A stretch of DNA of 32,000 bases from Zymomonas mobilis subsp. mobilis ATCC 10988. GTDB taxonomy: Bacteria; Pseudomonadota; Alphaproteobacteria; Sphingomonadales; Sphingomonadaceae. The stretch spans positions 480 to 32,479 of the forward strand of contig NC_017180.1 in NCBI RefSeq assembly GCF_000175255.2, given 5' to 3'. The translations under genes were made by a program, and so were the position numbers. The notes below the pieces were generated by a model, which ran no database searches, was not told the origin of the DNA, and worked only from the letters and a program-made list of their open reading frames with translations. Shown here piece after piece: positions 1 to 9,879 of this stretch; position 1 is the first letter of the stretch, and the number at the start of each line of letters is the position of its first letter.

Positions 1-2
1 GG

Positions 3-1493
3 GCGTTCGGTTCACGTGCACGTTGGACTGCTAAAGATTATTCTGATCTGGATATTGTAATACTTGGTGAGGAGCCTCTCTCCGAAGAATTATTTATGGA
101 TTTGGAAAAAAATTTCACAGAATCGGATTTACCTTGGAAAGTAGATATTGTTGATTGGTACAATTTAGACGACGATTTTAAAAAGATAATAGAAAAAGAT
201 TATGTTGTGATACAAAAAAGAAATATCACTAAATGGCCATCCGTTCGCCTTGATTCGATTTTAGTACCAACCGAAAGAATTTCTTATGGTGTCGTTCAAC
301 CTGGCAAAGAATCCTTAAATGGCGTACCCATTGTGCGTGTATCAGATGTACGCGATGGAATGATAAAAACAGAAAAGCCTTTAAAAATTTCACAAGAGGT
401 TGAAAATTCGTATTTACGCACACGTTTAACAGGAGGCGAACTCTTGCTGAGTATCGTTGGCACTGTTGGCGAAACGGCTATAGTGCCAGAATCTCTTAAA
501 GGATGGAATATCGCACGCGCAATTGCACGCATTCCAGTCCGAGAAGATATCGGCGCTCGATGGGTACAATTAGCACTTAAAACAGAAACCATTAAACAAC
601 TTATCAACAGCAAACTCAACACAACCGTACAACCAACACTTAATCTTCGTGATGTTTTTGAATTACCTGTACCGTTCCCATCTAAAGAAAAACGCTCCAG
701 TATTCTAAACATCCTCGGCTCCCTCGACGACAAAATCGACCTCAACCGCCGGACAAACGAAACACTGGAAGCCATGGCGCGAGCGTTGTTTCGGGACTGG
801 TTTGTCGACTTTGGGCCGACACGGGCAAAAATGGCCGGAGAAGCCCCTTACCTCGCACCAGAACTGTGGGAACTTTTTCCCGACAGGCTGGATGATGAAG
901 GTAAGCCAGAAGGGTGGAAAAATAGTCAAATTGGCAAACAATTTGATATTACCATGGGACAGTCCCCTCCTGGATATACATATAACTTAGACGGCAATGG
1001 TAAGCCTTTTTATCAAGGAAAAGCTGACTTCGGAACCATTTTCCCAACTCGTAGAATGTATTGCGCAGCCCCAAATCGTATGGCTTATACGTTTGATAGT
1101 TTGGTCAGCGTACGAGCACCTGTTGGAGAGGTAAATCTTTCAGCTGAAGAGTGTTGTATCGGAAGGGGGTTAGCAGCCATTCGCCATCCGCAGAATCTGC
1201 CTTACTATACCTATCTTGTAATGAAATCCCTAAGAAAAATATTTTTTTCTTTTGAAGACAACGGCACAGTATTCGGCTCCATCAACAAAAAGCAATTTGA
1301 AAAATTGGGTGTTTTAGAAAGTAAAGTCGAGAATGTTTTTGAGAAACGCGTAGACCCAATTTTTAAAAAAATTATTACCAATGAAGCCGAATCTTATACT
1401 CTTGCCCAGCTCCGAGACCTTCTTCTCCCAAAGCTCATGTCTGGTGAAATAAGTATCCGGAATGCCGAAAAGATGGTGAAAGACGCGGCATGA
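3..1493 (+). CDS. hsdS: Nucleotidyltransferase (MNT-like) domain fused in frame to type I restriction-modification specificity subunit HsdS; 5' end truncated by the window
   Basis: The frame is open from position 3 ([71 protein letters not shown]), a typical minimal nucleotidyltransferase GSRAR...SDLDI signature. It runs without a stop into two HsdS-type target recognition domains ([25 protein letters not shown]...; [51 protein letters not shown]...; second TRD at [19 protein letters not shown]). It overlaps the hsdR start by 4 bp. Confidence 0.9.
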   Translation, partial: [496 protein letters not shown]

Positions 1494-4400
1494 GCTTTCT
1501 GTCTGAAAACGAGATCGAAGACTGGGCTTGCGATATTCTGCGCGAATGTGGCTACACCATTGTCTGGGGGCCAGATATTGCCCCCGGTGGCAAAAAGCCG
1601 GAACGCGCCTCGTTATCGGACGTCATTCTGGAAAAACGCCTGCGTGCGGCCATAGACCGTTTGAACCCACACCTTCTCCAAGCCTCGCGGGATGAAACTC
1701 TGCTGGCTCTGATCCGCGAAGACACACCCGACCATGTGGACGAAAACCGCCGCCTGCATGATTATCTGGTCAATGGCGTGCCGGTAGACGTGGTGCGCGA
1801 AGATGGCACACAGTCTGGCGACCGGGTGCGCCTTCTGGATTTTGATACCCCGGAGAATAATGACTTTCTGGTCGTGCGCCAGTTCGTCCTTGAAAAGGAC
1901 GAGGCCAACCGCAGGCCAGACCTCGTTCTGTTCATCAACGGCATGCCGCTTGGAGTGGTGGAACTCAAAAGCCCCAGTTCCGAGAACGCTACGCTGGATT
2001 CCGCATGGAACCAGTTCCAAACCTATCGCAGCCTTATTTCCTCCCTGTTCCGTTTCAATGAAGCGTTGATGATTTCAGATGGTACACAGGCCCGCGTTGG
2101 CTCCCTCACAGCCGGCCGTGACCGCTTCATGCCATGGCGCACCATCAACGGCGAAGACCTGATCGCCAAAAACCATGAGGAAATGGAAACCGTATTGCGG
2201 GGCGTGTTTACGCCACACTGGTTTCTGGGTCTGATCCGTGACTTTGTGCTGTTTGGCGAGAAGAACGGGAGTCCTATCAAAATTCTGGCGGGCTATCACC
2301 AGTTTCATGCCTGCCTGAAGGCTGTGACGCAGACTGTGCGGGCCTCTGCCCCGGATGGAAACCGCAAGGTGGGTGTAGTCTGGCACACGCAGGGGTCCGG
2401 CAAGAGCCTGCTCATGACGTTCTATGCAGGCGTGATCGCCCGCCACCCGGAGATGGAAAACCCCACCATCATTGTGCTGACAGACCGCAATGATCTGGAC
2501 GACCAGCTCTTCGCCACCTTCTCCGGCGCGCAGGCTTTACTCCGTCAGATACCGGAACAGGCGGACAGCCGAGACGACTTGCAGAAACTCCTCCGGCGTA
2601 CCTCGGGCGGTGTCATCTTTACCACCTTGCAGAAGTTCCAGCCCGAAGACGGCGAAACCAGCCTGCCCATGCTGACCGACCGGCGCAATGTGGTGGTCAT
2701 GGCAGATGAGGCGCACCGCAGCCAGTATGGGCTGGAAGCCAAATTCAACCCTAAGACCGGCAAAATGACCTATGGATTTGCCAAATATCTGCGCGACGCC
2801 CTTCCTAATGCCTCCTTTATCGGCTTTACCGGTACACCCATTGAAAATGCCGATGTGAACACACGCGGCATCTTTGGCGACTACATCGACATTTACGACA
2901 TCGCGCAGGCTGTCGAGGATGGCGCAACCGTGCCTATTTATTACGAAAGCCGCCTTGTGCGCATCGAACTGGATGAAGACCTCAAGGACGAGCTGGACGA
3001 TGAACTGGCCGATATTGTCGAAGGGCTTTGCGAGAACGAGGAACACAAGCTCAGCCAGAAATACTCCCGCGTAGAAGCTTTGGTCGGCTCGGAACCCCGC
3101 CTGCGCCGGATTGCCGTAGACCTTGTAACCCATTTTGAAAACCGCCTGAATGCCCTTGAAGGAAAAGGCATGATAGTTGGTATGAGCCGGGCCATTTGTG
3201 TGGCTCTGTATAACGAGATCATCCGCCTGCGCCCCGCATGGCATAGTGATGATGACAATGAAGGAGCCATCAAGGTGGTAATGACCGGCAGTTCATCCGA
3301 CCCTGCCGGGTTGCAGCCCCATATTGGCAAGAAATCCAAAGCCCGACGTGAACTACTGGCAAAGCGCATGAAGGACAACAATGACCCGCTCCGTCTGGTT
3401 ATTGTGCGCGACATGTGGCTGACGGGTTTTGACGTGCCTTCCATGCACACCATGTATGTGGATAAGCCTATGCGCGGGCATGGATTGATGCAGGCCATTG
3501 CCCGCGTCAACCGTGTATTCAAGGGCAAACCCGGTGGTCTGGTGGTAGACTATATCGGCCTCGCTCAGAATCTAAAGGCGGCTCTGGGTGAATATTCAGC
3601 CGGAGACCGCGAGCAGGTCGGCATTGATGAAGGCAAAGCCATCCGCGCCTTGCAGGAACGCTACGAAGTCGTGCGAGCCATGTTCAATCCTGGTCAGGCC
3701 GCTGGCTTTGACTACCGCCCAGCCTTGCAGGACGAGGCAACAGCTAAGACCAAGCTCTCCATCATGGCAGGAGCACTTGACCATATTCTGGGTCAGCAGC
3801 AACGCGCCATGGTAACAGCCAAAAGCGCTGAAGAGCGTAAAGCGATCCAGAAACGCTACCCGGATGGAGTCAAGGCGCTTTCAGTCGCCTTTGCTCTGGC
3901 CTCTGCCAGTGATGAAGCTGCCAGACTGCGCGATGAAATCGGGTTTTTCGAGGCAGTCAGGGCGGCACTGGTCAAAAGTGCGAGCAATGGCAGCGATGGA
4001 CGCAGTGCGCAGGAACTCGAGCTAGCTATCAAGCAACTGGTCAGCAAGGCGGTCATTTCAACCGATATTATCGATATCATGGAAGTCGCAGGCATTGGAA
4101 AACCTGATATTTCCATCCTCTCGGACACCTTCTTGCAGGAAGTGCGGGAAATGCCTCAGCGCAATCTGGCCATTGATGCGCTCAAAAAGCTGCTGGAAGG
4201 CCAGATACGTAGCCGCACACGCACCAACATCACGGAAGCCGAAGCTTTCTCACAAAGACTGGAACAAGCTGTCGCCCGTTACCATGCCAATGCACTCACA
4301 TCTGCCCAGATACTGGATGAACTTATCCGCATGGCGCATGATATGGTCTCCGCTTGCGACCGGGGCGAGGAACTGGGACTGACACAGGAAGAAATCGCCT

Positions 4401-4675
4401 TTTATGACGCACTCGCACAGAATGAAAGCGCCAAGGAGGCCATGGGTGACCCTGGTCTACGCGCTATTGCTACAGCTTTAGTAAAGACCATTCGGGTAAA
4501 TGCTACCGTTGATTGGACCGTCATGGCCCAAGCCCGCGCCAAAATGCGTACATCTGTCAAGCGTCTACTTCGCCGCTATGGATACCCGCCTGATATGCAA
4601 GATGAAGCTGTACAGCACATCCTGCGACAGGCCGAACAATTTGCACCTGTTTGGGCTGAGCAAGGAGGTATATAA
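1490..4675 (+). CDS. hsdR: Type I restriction endonuclease subunit R (HsdR)
   Basis: 1061 aa. N-terminal nuclease domain (RPDLVLFINGMPLGVVELKSP), Walker A THGQGSGKSLLMTFYAG, DEAHRSQYG box, IGFTGTPIE motif, and C-terminal helicase motifs (VIVRDMWLTGFDVPSMHTMYVDKPMRGHGLMQAIARVNRVFKGK). Confidence 0.97.
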   Translation: MSFLSENEIEDWACDILRECGYTIVWGPDIAPGGKKPERASLSDVILEKRLRAAIDRLNPHLLQASRDETLLALIREDTPDHVDENRRLHDYLVNGVPVDVVREDGTQSGDRVRLLDFDTPENNDFLVVRQFVLEKDEANRRPDLVLFINGMPLGVVELKSPSSENATLDSAWNQFQTYRSLISSLFRFNEALMISDGTQARVGSLTAGRDRFMPWRTINGEDLIAKNHEEMETVLRGVFTPHWFLGLIRDFVLFGEKNGSPIKILAGYHQFHACLKAVTQTVRASAPDGNRKVGVVWHTQGSGKSLLMTFYAGVIARHPEMENPTIIVLTDRNDLDDQLFATFSGAQALLRQIPEQADSRDDLQKLLRRTSGGVIFTTLQKFQPEDGETSLPMLTDRRNVVVMADEAHRSQYGLEAKFNPKTGKMTYGFAKYLRDALPNASFIGFTGTPIENADVNTRGIFGDYIDIYDIAQAVEDGATVPIYYESRLVRIELDEDLKDELDDELADIVEGLCENEEHKLSQKYSRVEALVGSEPRLRRIAVDLVTHFENRLNALEGKGMIVGMSRAICVALYNEIIRLRPAWHSDDDNEGAIKVVMTGSSSDPAGLQPHIGKKSKARRELLAKRMKDNNDPLRLVIVRDMWLTGFDVPSMHTMYVDKPMRGHGLMQAIARVNRVFKGKPGGLVVDYIGLAQNLKAALGEYSAGDREQVGIDEGKAIRALQERYEVVRAMFNPGQAAGFDYRPALQDEATAKTKLSIMAGALDHILGQQQRAMVTAKSAEERKAIQKRYPDGVKALSVAFALASASDEAARLRDEIGFFEAVRAALVKSASNGSDGRSAQELELAIKQLVSKAVISTDIIDIMEVAGIGKPDISILSDTFLQEVREMPQRNLAIDALKKLLEGQIRSRTRTNITEAEAFSQRLEQAVARYHANALTSAQILDELIRMAHDMVSACDRGEELGLTQEEIAFYDALAQNESAKEAMGDPGLRAIATALVKTIRVNATVDWTVMAQARAKMRTSVKRLLRRYGYPPDMQDEAVQHILRQAEQFAPVWAEQGGI

Positions 4676-4776
4676 ATATACTAAATTTATATGATTTTTT
4701 TTGTATTAAAACGCGACCAGCAAGACCATTTTCTTGTAAATGACGAGCAATGCTAAATAGATTGAATTCTTTCCTT

Positions 4777-4785
4777 GGGGGGGGG
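4777..4785. repeat. G9 homopolymer tract in the intergenic region downstream of hsdR
   Basis: Direct read: ttccttGGGGGGGGGcaattgc. Confidence 0.9.
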
Positions 4786-5127
4786 CAATTGCAAAAAAAT
4801 AGGAAAACTTTGGGTATTAAGAAGTGGAACGCATTACATAGATAAGCTTGGAAGACTAAGTGATTTTTGGTAGTAATGCGCCTGCCAATAAACGGCTTTT
4901 ATATTGGTTAGCTTTCTCTTTCAGTCGTGTAAGATGTAAATTTTCGCCCTCGGTTGTAGTAATTATAAAAGAAGTTACTCGATCATTTTGAACCTATGAT
5001 AATTCGATTTTTCTAGTAACCTTAATAAATGAAGCAGTCCCGACGTGTCACCATATGCTATAGCAAAATAAGAAAACCTTTCTTCGCCTTTTTGAATCTT
5101 GCTGCTGTAAAATTATGACTACCTTTT

Positions 5128-5144
5128 TTTGTCAACAGTACCTA
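5128..5144. repeat. Isolated IS-end-like sequence matching the left terminus of the IS5-like element at 25306
   Basis: tttgtcaacagtaccta at this site versus the reverse complement of taggttctgttgacaaa at 25306: 16/17 identical. No transposase lies beside it. Confidence 0.5.
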
Positions 5145-5230
5145 ATTATGTCATGAATTTTGAAAAGATTTATTAGTATAATAACCGAATATATCGTTCT
5201 ATAGATAACGATAAATATTTTTGTGACATT

Positions 5231-6334
5231 TTATTTCGTAACATTTGAGATAATCTTAGAAATAGCTATTTCAAAAAAATTGAGTTCTTGAGGAGTTGCT
5301 GTCCCAACCCTGATCCAATTCAAATAGTTAGGATCGTTAAAAATACGAACATCTACGCCTTGAGACATGAGGGCGTCTTTCATTTTTTGCGCAGGTCGTA
5401 AAGTATTAATATAAACAAAGGTTCCTTCGCTCGGTAAATAAGGTAATCTATTATTTTTACATATTTTGTAAATTATCTTTCGACAAGAATTTAAATAGTT
5501 TATTGCACCTTGTAAGTAATTAGAATCTCTAAAACAGGCTTGTGCAGCAGCGTAACCCGCTTGATTTCGAGAGGTTGTTGTTAAACTGTACAGTTGTTTA
5601 ATCCGTTGTGGTTGGGCAAGGCAATATCCAATTCTTAGACCTGCAAGTCCATATACTTTTGAAAATGTACGTGTAACGATTATATCAGCATTTTTATTAA
5701 GTAACGGAGCAACTGTTTTTTGAGAAAAATTTGATAAAAGTTCATAATAAGCTTCATCAATAATGATAGGTATCTTTGTAGATATTTCTATACAGAAACT
5801 GAATAATTCAGATATATCAAGTACAGTCCCTGTTGGATTATTGGGATTGCATAAATAAATAAGTGCGGTTTGTGAGGTTATTGCAGATTTTATAGCTTCT
5901 AAGTCGATCTTATGGTTTTTTAATGGTATAAAATCTACAGTTATACCTCGCCGTTGTGCATATGATAGATGAGTAGAATAAGTTGGACTAGGCGCAATAA
6001 TTGTTCCATTCCGTCCAATATCAGCAGAAAGCAAAGACAAAGTATCAAGAGATCCATTTGATAGTCCGACCTGTTCAACTTTAAGATGCTCATACTGCGC
6101 AATTTTTACTCGTAGTTCGGACTCGTCTTCTATGTAATAGGGAGCTTTTGATATACAGGCTGCAATAGCTTGGCGCGCATTGAGCGATGGGCCAAATGGA
6201 TTTTTTGTAACATTTAACCTTGCCCGTATAGGTCTATCGCAGGATAACTGTGCATTTAATTCCTTATTTCCTAAAAAAGTCGGACCCATAATACTGGCAG
6301 CTTGTAAAATCTTACGTCGATTAAGATGCACCAT
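5231..6334 (-). CDS. PLP-dependent class I/II aminotransferase, histidinol-phosphate aminotransferase (HisC)-like, with a probable twin-arginine signal peptide
   Basis: 367 aa. N-terminus MVHLNRRKILQAASIMGPTFLG; VGLSNGSLDTLSLLSADIG, YLCNPNNPTGTV, IIDEAYYEL, VTRTFSKVYGLAGLRIGY (PLP-lysine motif SKVYGLAGLRIGY), FNDPNYLNWIRVGTATP. Confidence 0.9.
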   Translation of the reverse strand: MVHLNRRKILQAASIMGPTFLGNKELNAQLSCDRPIRARLNVTKNPFGPSLNARQAIAACISKAPYYIEDESELRVKIAQYEHLKVEQVGLSNGSLDTLSLLSADIGRNGTIIAPSPTYSTHLSYAQRRGITVDFIPLKNHKIDLEAIKSAITSQTALIYLCNPNNPTGTVLDISELFSFCIEISTKIPIIIDEAYYELLSNFSQKTVAPLLNKNADIIVTRTFSKVYGLAGLRIGYCLAQPQRIKQLYSLTTTSRNQAGYAAAQACFRDSNYLQGAINYLNSCRKIIYKICKNNRLPYLPSEGTFVYINTLRPAQKMKDALMSQGVDVRIFNDPNYLNWIRVGTATPQELNFFEIAISKIISNVTK

Positions 6335-6487
6335 CTGATAAATCCAAAGTAAAATGCGCTATTAGAAAATCTCTTTTATTTTTTATCACAAAAATATTAC
6401 AATTTTGTAACATTAAAATGTTAATTAATAATAAAATTATAAAATGTCATATTTTTTTAATAATTTTCATAGATGGAAGCTCAATAA

Positions 6488-9118
6488 ATGAAATGTCTGA
6501 GCCTCTTTATTATGATCTGGAAGAATATTATGGCAATTCGAAAAGCTCTTCTGATTAGTACTTTTTCTACTTTAAGCATTACATCCACTAATGTTGTCTT
6601 CGCAGCAGAAAAAAAAGATATAAATGACATCCAAAAACAAAAGGCGACAATAGAAAAATCAAATAATAACTCCGATATTTCACCAAATAATAGTTCGGAT
6701 ACTTTAATTGTTACAGGTACCAGAACGGTTAATAGGCAGGCGCGCCAGAGCGCTTCACCCGTTAGTGTATTGTCTGCAGCTAATTTACAGCGTTCTGGAC
6801 AACTCAATTTAGCAGATGCCATTACTCGAACTTATGCATCGATCAACGTTAGTACGATGGGGAATGATGCGGGGGCTCTTACATCGGCTTTTCGTATGCG
6901 AGGATTAAACCCAAATCAGGTTTTAGTACTTGTAAACGGAAAAAGGCGCCACACGACAGCCAATATTTATGCTGATGCAGGACCCGATTTTGGTGCAACG
7001 CCTGTTGATCTTAATATGCTTCCATCTGCATCAATAGAGCATATTGAAGTGTTAGAAGATGGGGCTGCCGCTCAATATGGCTCGGATGCTATTGCTGGCG
7101 TTGTAAATATTATTACAAAAAAAAGTAATAATGGTTTAAATGCGAGTGTCCAAACGGGTGCAAATGCTTATAATGGGGATGGTTGGCAATATCAGGCTAA
7201 TATTGATGGTGGTCTTTCTTTAGGAAAAAATGGGTATTTGCATTTGAGTGCCCAGTCGTACCGTGCAAATCATATGGTGCCCTATACGGAAGATCATCGT
7301 TTGTTAGGATATAAGCCCGCAGGTGCGGGAACTTCTTTATATACCGATTCTGTTTCAGTCCCTCTTAATTCTAACAAGGTTATGAGTACCCCGAAAGAAA
7401 CGCGCGAAAATTTGAGTATTGATTTTGGCAAACCGCTTTCCGATGGAGTGGAAGGGTACGGTTTAATAACCTATGCTCATCGTCAGTCAGAGTCCTACCA
7501 AAATTATCGGACGCCTGATACCGTACCCACTATCTATCCTTATGGTTTCTCGCCTCTCGAGACGATTAAAGAAAATGATTACGCAGCGACATTGGGTCTA
7601 AAAGGAGATAACCTTTTTGGGTTTTCTTGGGACGCTAGCTCAACCTATGGGGCAGATGAGGATGATATCGGTAATAAAAATAGTATAAATAATGGTATGC
7701 TCAGTACTAAATGTATTGACCGTCGTCAAAATCCTCAAACAACTAGCGCCTATGCTTCCAGTCAAGGGTGCGGTTGGTCACCAACAAAGACACGCGCCGA
7801 ATCCTATCGGATGGCTCAGTGGACTAATAACTTAGATATTAGACGAAGTATAAATACCGGATTCGCTACTTCAACAATATTAGTCTTTGGTGCAGAACAC
7901 AGACTTGAAACCTATGAAATTAAGGCTGGTGATCCGCCTTCTTATGAAGCCGGTGGTATGGCAGGATATGTTGGTCTTAGTCCGCAAAATGCAGGACATT
8001 GGAATAGAAACATTTTTGCGGGATATGTGGATGCTGATTTCCATCCTTTAAAAAAATGGAATATCGACTTTGCTGGTAGATTTGAACATTATTCAGATGT
8101 TGGAAATACTTTAAATGGAAAATTTTCTACCCGCTATGATATTTCGCACCATATTGCCGTTCGTGGTACCGTTAGTAACGGTTTCCGTGCACCGACACTA
8201 GCAGAACAGCATTTTAGCTCTATTAATGTTGGAGCAACAACGGTCTCTGGATTGCTGCCCGTAAGTTCGAACGCTGCTCATATTCTTGGAGCCTCTCCTC
8301 TTAAACCGGAAAGATCTTTTAATGCCAGTGGTGGTATTGTTTTAGAGCCTATAAAGGGCTTTCATATAGAAGCCGATGCTTATCAAATTAATATTCGTAA
8401 TAGAATTATCGCTGGAGGATCAACAAATGGCAGTAATGCAATTTCGGCATTGGATAGCTTGGGTTTTGTAATCCCATCCGGCTTAGATCCTAATGCTGTT
8501 AGTACTTATTATTTTGCAAATGGAGCCAATACTCGAACCAGAGGGTTAGATGTAAAAGCGGACTATTTGGTTCATTTGCATGAACTCGGTATTTTATCAC
8601 TCTCTGCTTCCTTAGACATTAACAAAACCATTTTAACGCATGTTGCATCTACAACGGCGAATGGTGTTTCCGTTCCATTACTTAATGCTGCCACTGCTGG
8701 TTATATTACGAGTTCTTATCCTCGTAGTAAGTTAATCCTGAATGCTTTTTGGGAAGTCGGTAAATGGAATATAAATTTGCGTGAAACACGATATGGCTCC
8801 ACAACTAATATGCTGGTTTATCAAGATTGGACACCTAGTTCTGCAATATGTGAGGCAAATGGTAAAGCTTTGCGCTACTCAAATACTTGTTTTGCTAAAT
8901 TTAAAAATACACCACGCTGGATGACTGATATTGAAGTAGGATATAATATAAATTCAAAGATACATCTTGCTGTTGGTGCCAATAATATTTTTAATGTCCG
9001 ACCTCGTCGTGTAAATCAAATAAATAATAATTATGGTGCCCGTATTTATGACGCCAATTCTGCACAAGTACCAATGACTGGTGCTTTCTATTACGGGCGT
9101 GTTTCTGTAAAAATTTAA
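6488..9118 (+). CDS. TonB-dependent outer-membrane receptor
   Basis: 876 aa. Signal peptide ALLISTFSTLSITSTNVVFA, TonB-box-like DTLIVTGTRTV, plug domain (RGLNPNQVLVLVNGKRRH...GPDFGATPVDLNMLPSASIEHIEVLEDGAAAQYGSDAIAGVVNIITKK), and a beta barrel ending in FYYGRVSVKI. The true start may be the internal MAIRKALLI. Confidence 0.95.
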   Translation: MKCLSLFIMIWKNIMAIRKALLISTFSTLSITSTNVVFAAEKKDINDIQKQKATIEKSNNNSDISPNNSSDTLIVTGTRTVNRQARQSASPVSVLSAANLQRSGQLNLADAITRTYASINVSTMGNDAGALTSAFRMRGLNPNQVLVLVNGKRRHTTANIYADAGPDFGATPVDLNMLPSASIEHIEVLEDGAAAQYGSDAIAGVVNIITKKSNNGLNASVQTGANAYNGDGWQYQANIDGGLSLGKNGYLHLSAQSYRANHMVPYTEDHRLLGYKPAGAGTSLYTDSVSVPLNSNKVMSTPKETRENLSIDFGKPLSDGVEGYGLITYAHRQSESYQNYRTPDTVPTIYPYGFSPLETIKENDYAATLGLKGDNLFGFSWDASSTYGADEDDIGNKNSINNGMLSTKCIDRRQNPQTTSAYASSQGCGWSPTKTRAESYRMAQWTNNLDIRRSINTGFATSTILVFGAEHRLETYEIKAGDPPSYEAGGMAGYVGLSPQNAGHWNRNIFAGYVDADFHPLKKWNIDFAGRFEHYSDVGNTLNGKFSTRYDISHHIAVRGTVSNGFRAPTLAEQHFSSINVGATTVSGLLPVSSNAAHILGASPLKPERSFNASGGIVLEPIKGFHIEADAYQINIRNRIIAGGSTNGSNAISALDSLGFVIPSGLDPNAVSTYYFANGANTRTRGLDVKADYLVHLHELGILSLSASLDINKTILTHVASTTANGVSVPLLNAATAGYITSSYPRSKLILNAFWEVGKWNINLRETRYGSTTNMLVYQDWTPSSAICEANGKALRYSNTCFAKFKNTPRWMTDIEVGYNINSKIHLAVGANNIFNVRPRRVNQINNNYGARIYDANSAQVPMTGAFYYGRVSVKI

Positions 9119-9389
9119 TTATCTAAGTTATGTACGATTAAAATCGTACATAACTAATAATTATAAATTTATTTTGACAGTGATTTTTTTGAAACTTAAA
9201 TGAATATATATAAATATGCGATATTGTTTGGAATTTACTTAATTTTTTTGCAAAAAAATGCAGGATTGCAAAGTGCTCAACCGTATCGGATGTTCAATAA
9301 GATTAAACCATGTGACAACTTAGCCAATGAAAGATGGCTGAATCTTAGGCTTATGAGCTATTAACTTATTAACAGGTTGTTGTGATCCA

Positions 9390-9770
9390 CAGGCTTACCG
9401 GTGGAAGATGAGCCTGTGAATGAGTTATTTTTGCCGTCTGAGCGCCTGATAGAGCCAATATCCGCGTTTTTCCTATGAGCTGTGGGTTCTAAACGGGATT
9501 GTCTACGTGATCCTTAACGGCTTCAGTAGAAAGATGCCTCGAAAGTCTATGAGACCGATACCAAGAGCAGCTTGGGTATTCGACAGAATTTTCGCCGCGC
9601 AGGTTGGCTGGTAAAAGCAGCTGATGATTGACGCCACTTCTTCCTGCTTAGAAAAGGGATTTTCTTCATTATATCGGACGGGCAAATAGTAGACAAACTC
9701 GACATTCCACGCCGCATGTGAGGCCCAAGGTCGTCCGATTTGTCTCCTTGACAACAAGAATTATAGGTTT
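9390..9770 (+). pseudogene. Degenerate IS5-family transposase remnant
   Basis: Fragments across several frames resemble IS5-family DDE transposases: VVLNGIVYVILNGF, RAAWVFDRIFAAQ, QLMIDAT, and NSTFHAACEAQGRPICLL at 9696..9749. Several stops and frameshifts. Confidence 0.65.
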
Positions 9771-9843
9771 TCATCGAAAACCTTCGAGCGTGTCGCCAAT
9801 TATAATTTTGTCACCATTTAATTTCATCTGTATATTTCTGAAA

Positions 9844-9869
9844 CTTATGATATACATGTATATCATAAG
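9844..9869. promoter_or_regulatory. 26-bp perfect palindrome, likely autoregulatory operator of the RelBE-like module
   Basis: CTTATGATATACATGTATATCATAAG equals its own reverse complement and lies 10 bp upstream of the antitoxin ATG (9880). Confidence 0.75.
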
Positions 9870-9879
9870 GAGTGTTGAA

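Noticed and set aside
2537-3244. Long antisense ORFs opposite hsdR (2537..3244, 2941..3528, 1613..2020, 3856..4128)
   Set aside because: They lie opposite a strongly supported HsdR with intact motifs and have low-complexity, family-less translations; these are codon-bias shadows.
4777-4785. G9 tract, and the C8 tract at 11875..11882, as phase-variation switches
   Set aside because: Both are intergenic, not inside an ORF or a recognised promoter spacer. Slippage there has no clear target.
9718-9879. N-terminal 54 residues of the track ORF 9718..10104
   Set aside because: They are translated from IS-remnant and operator sequence. The RHH antitoxin starts at the ATG at 9880.
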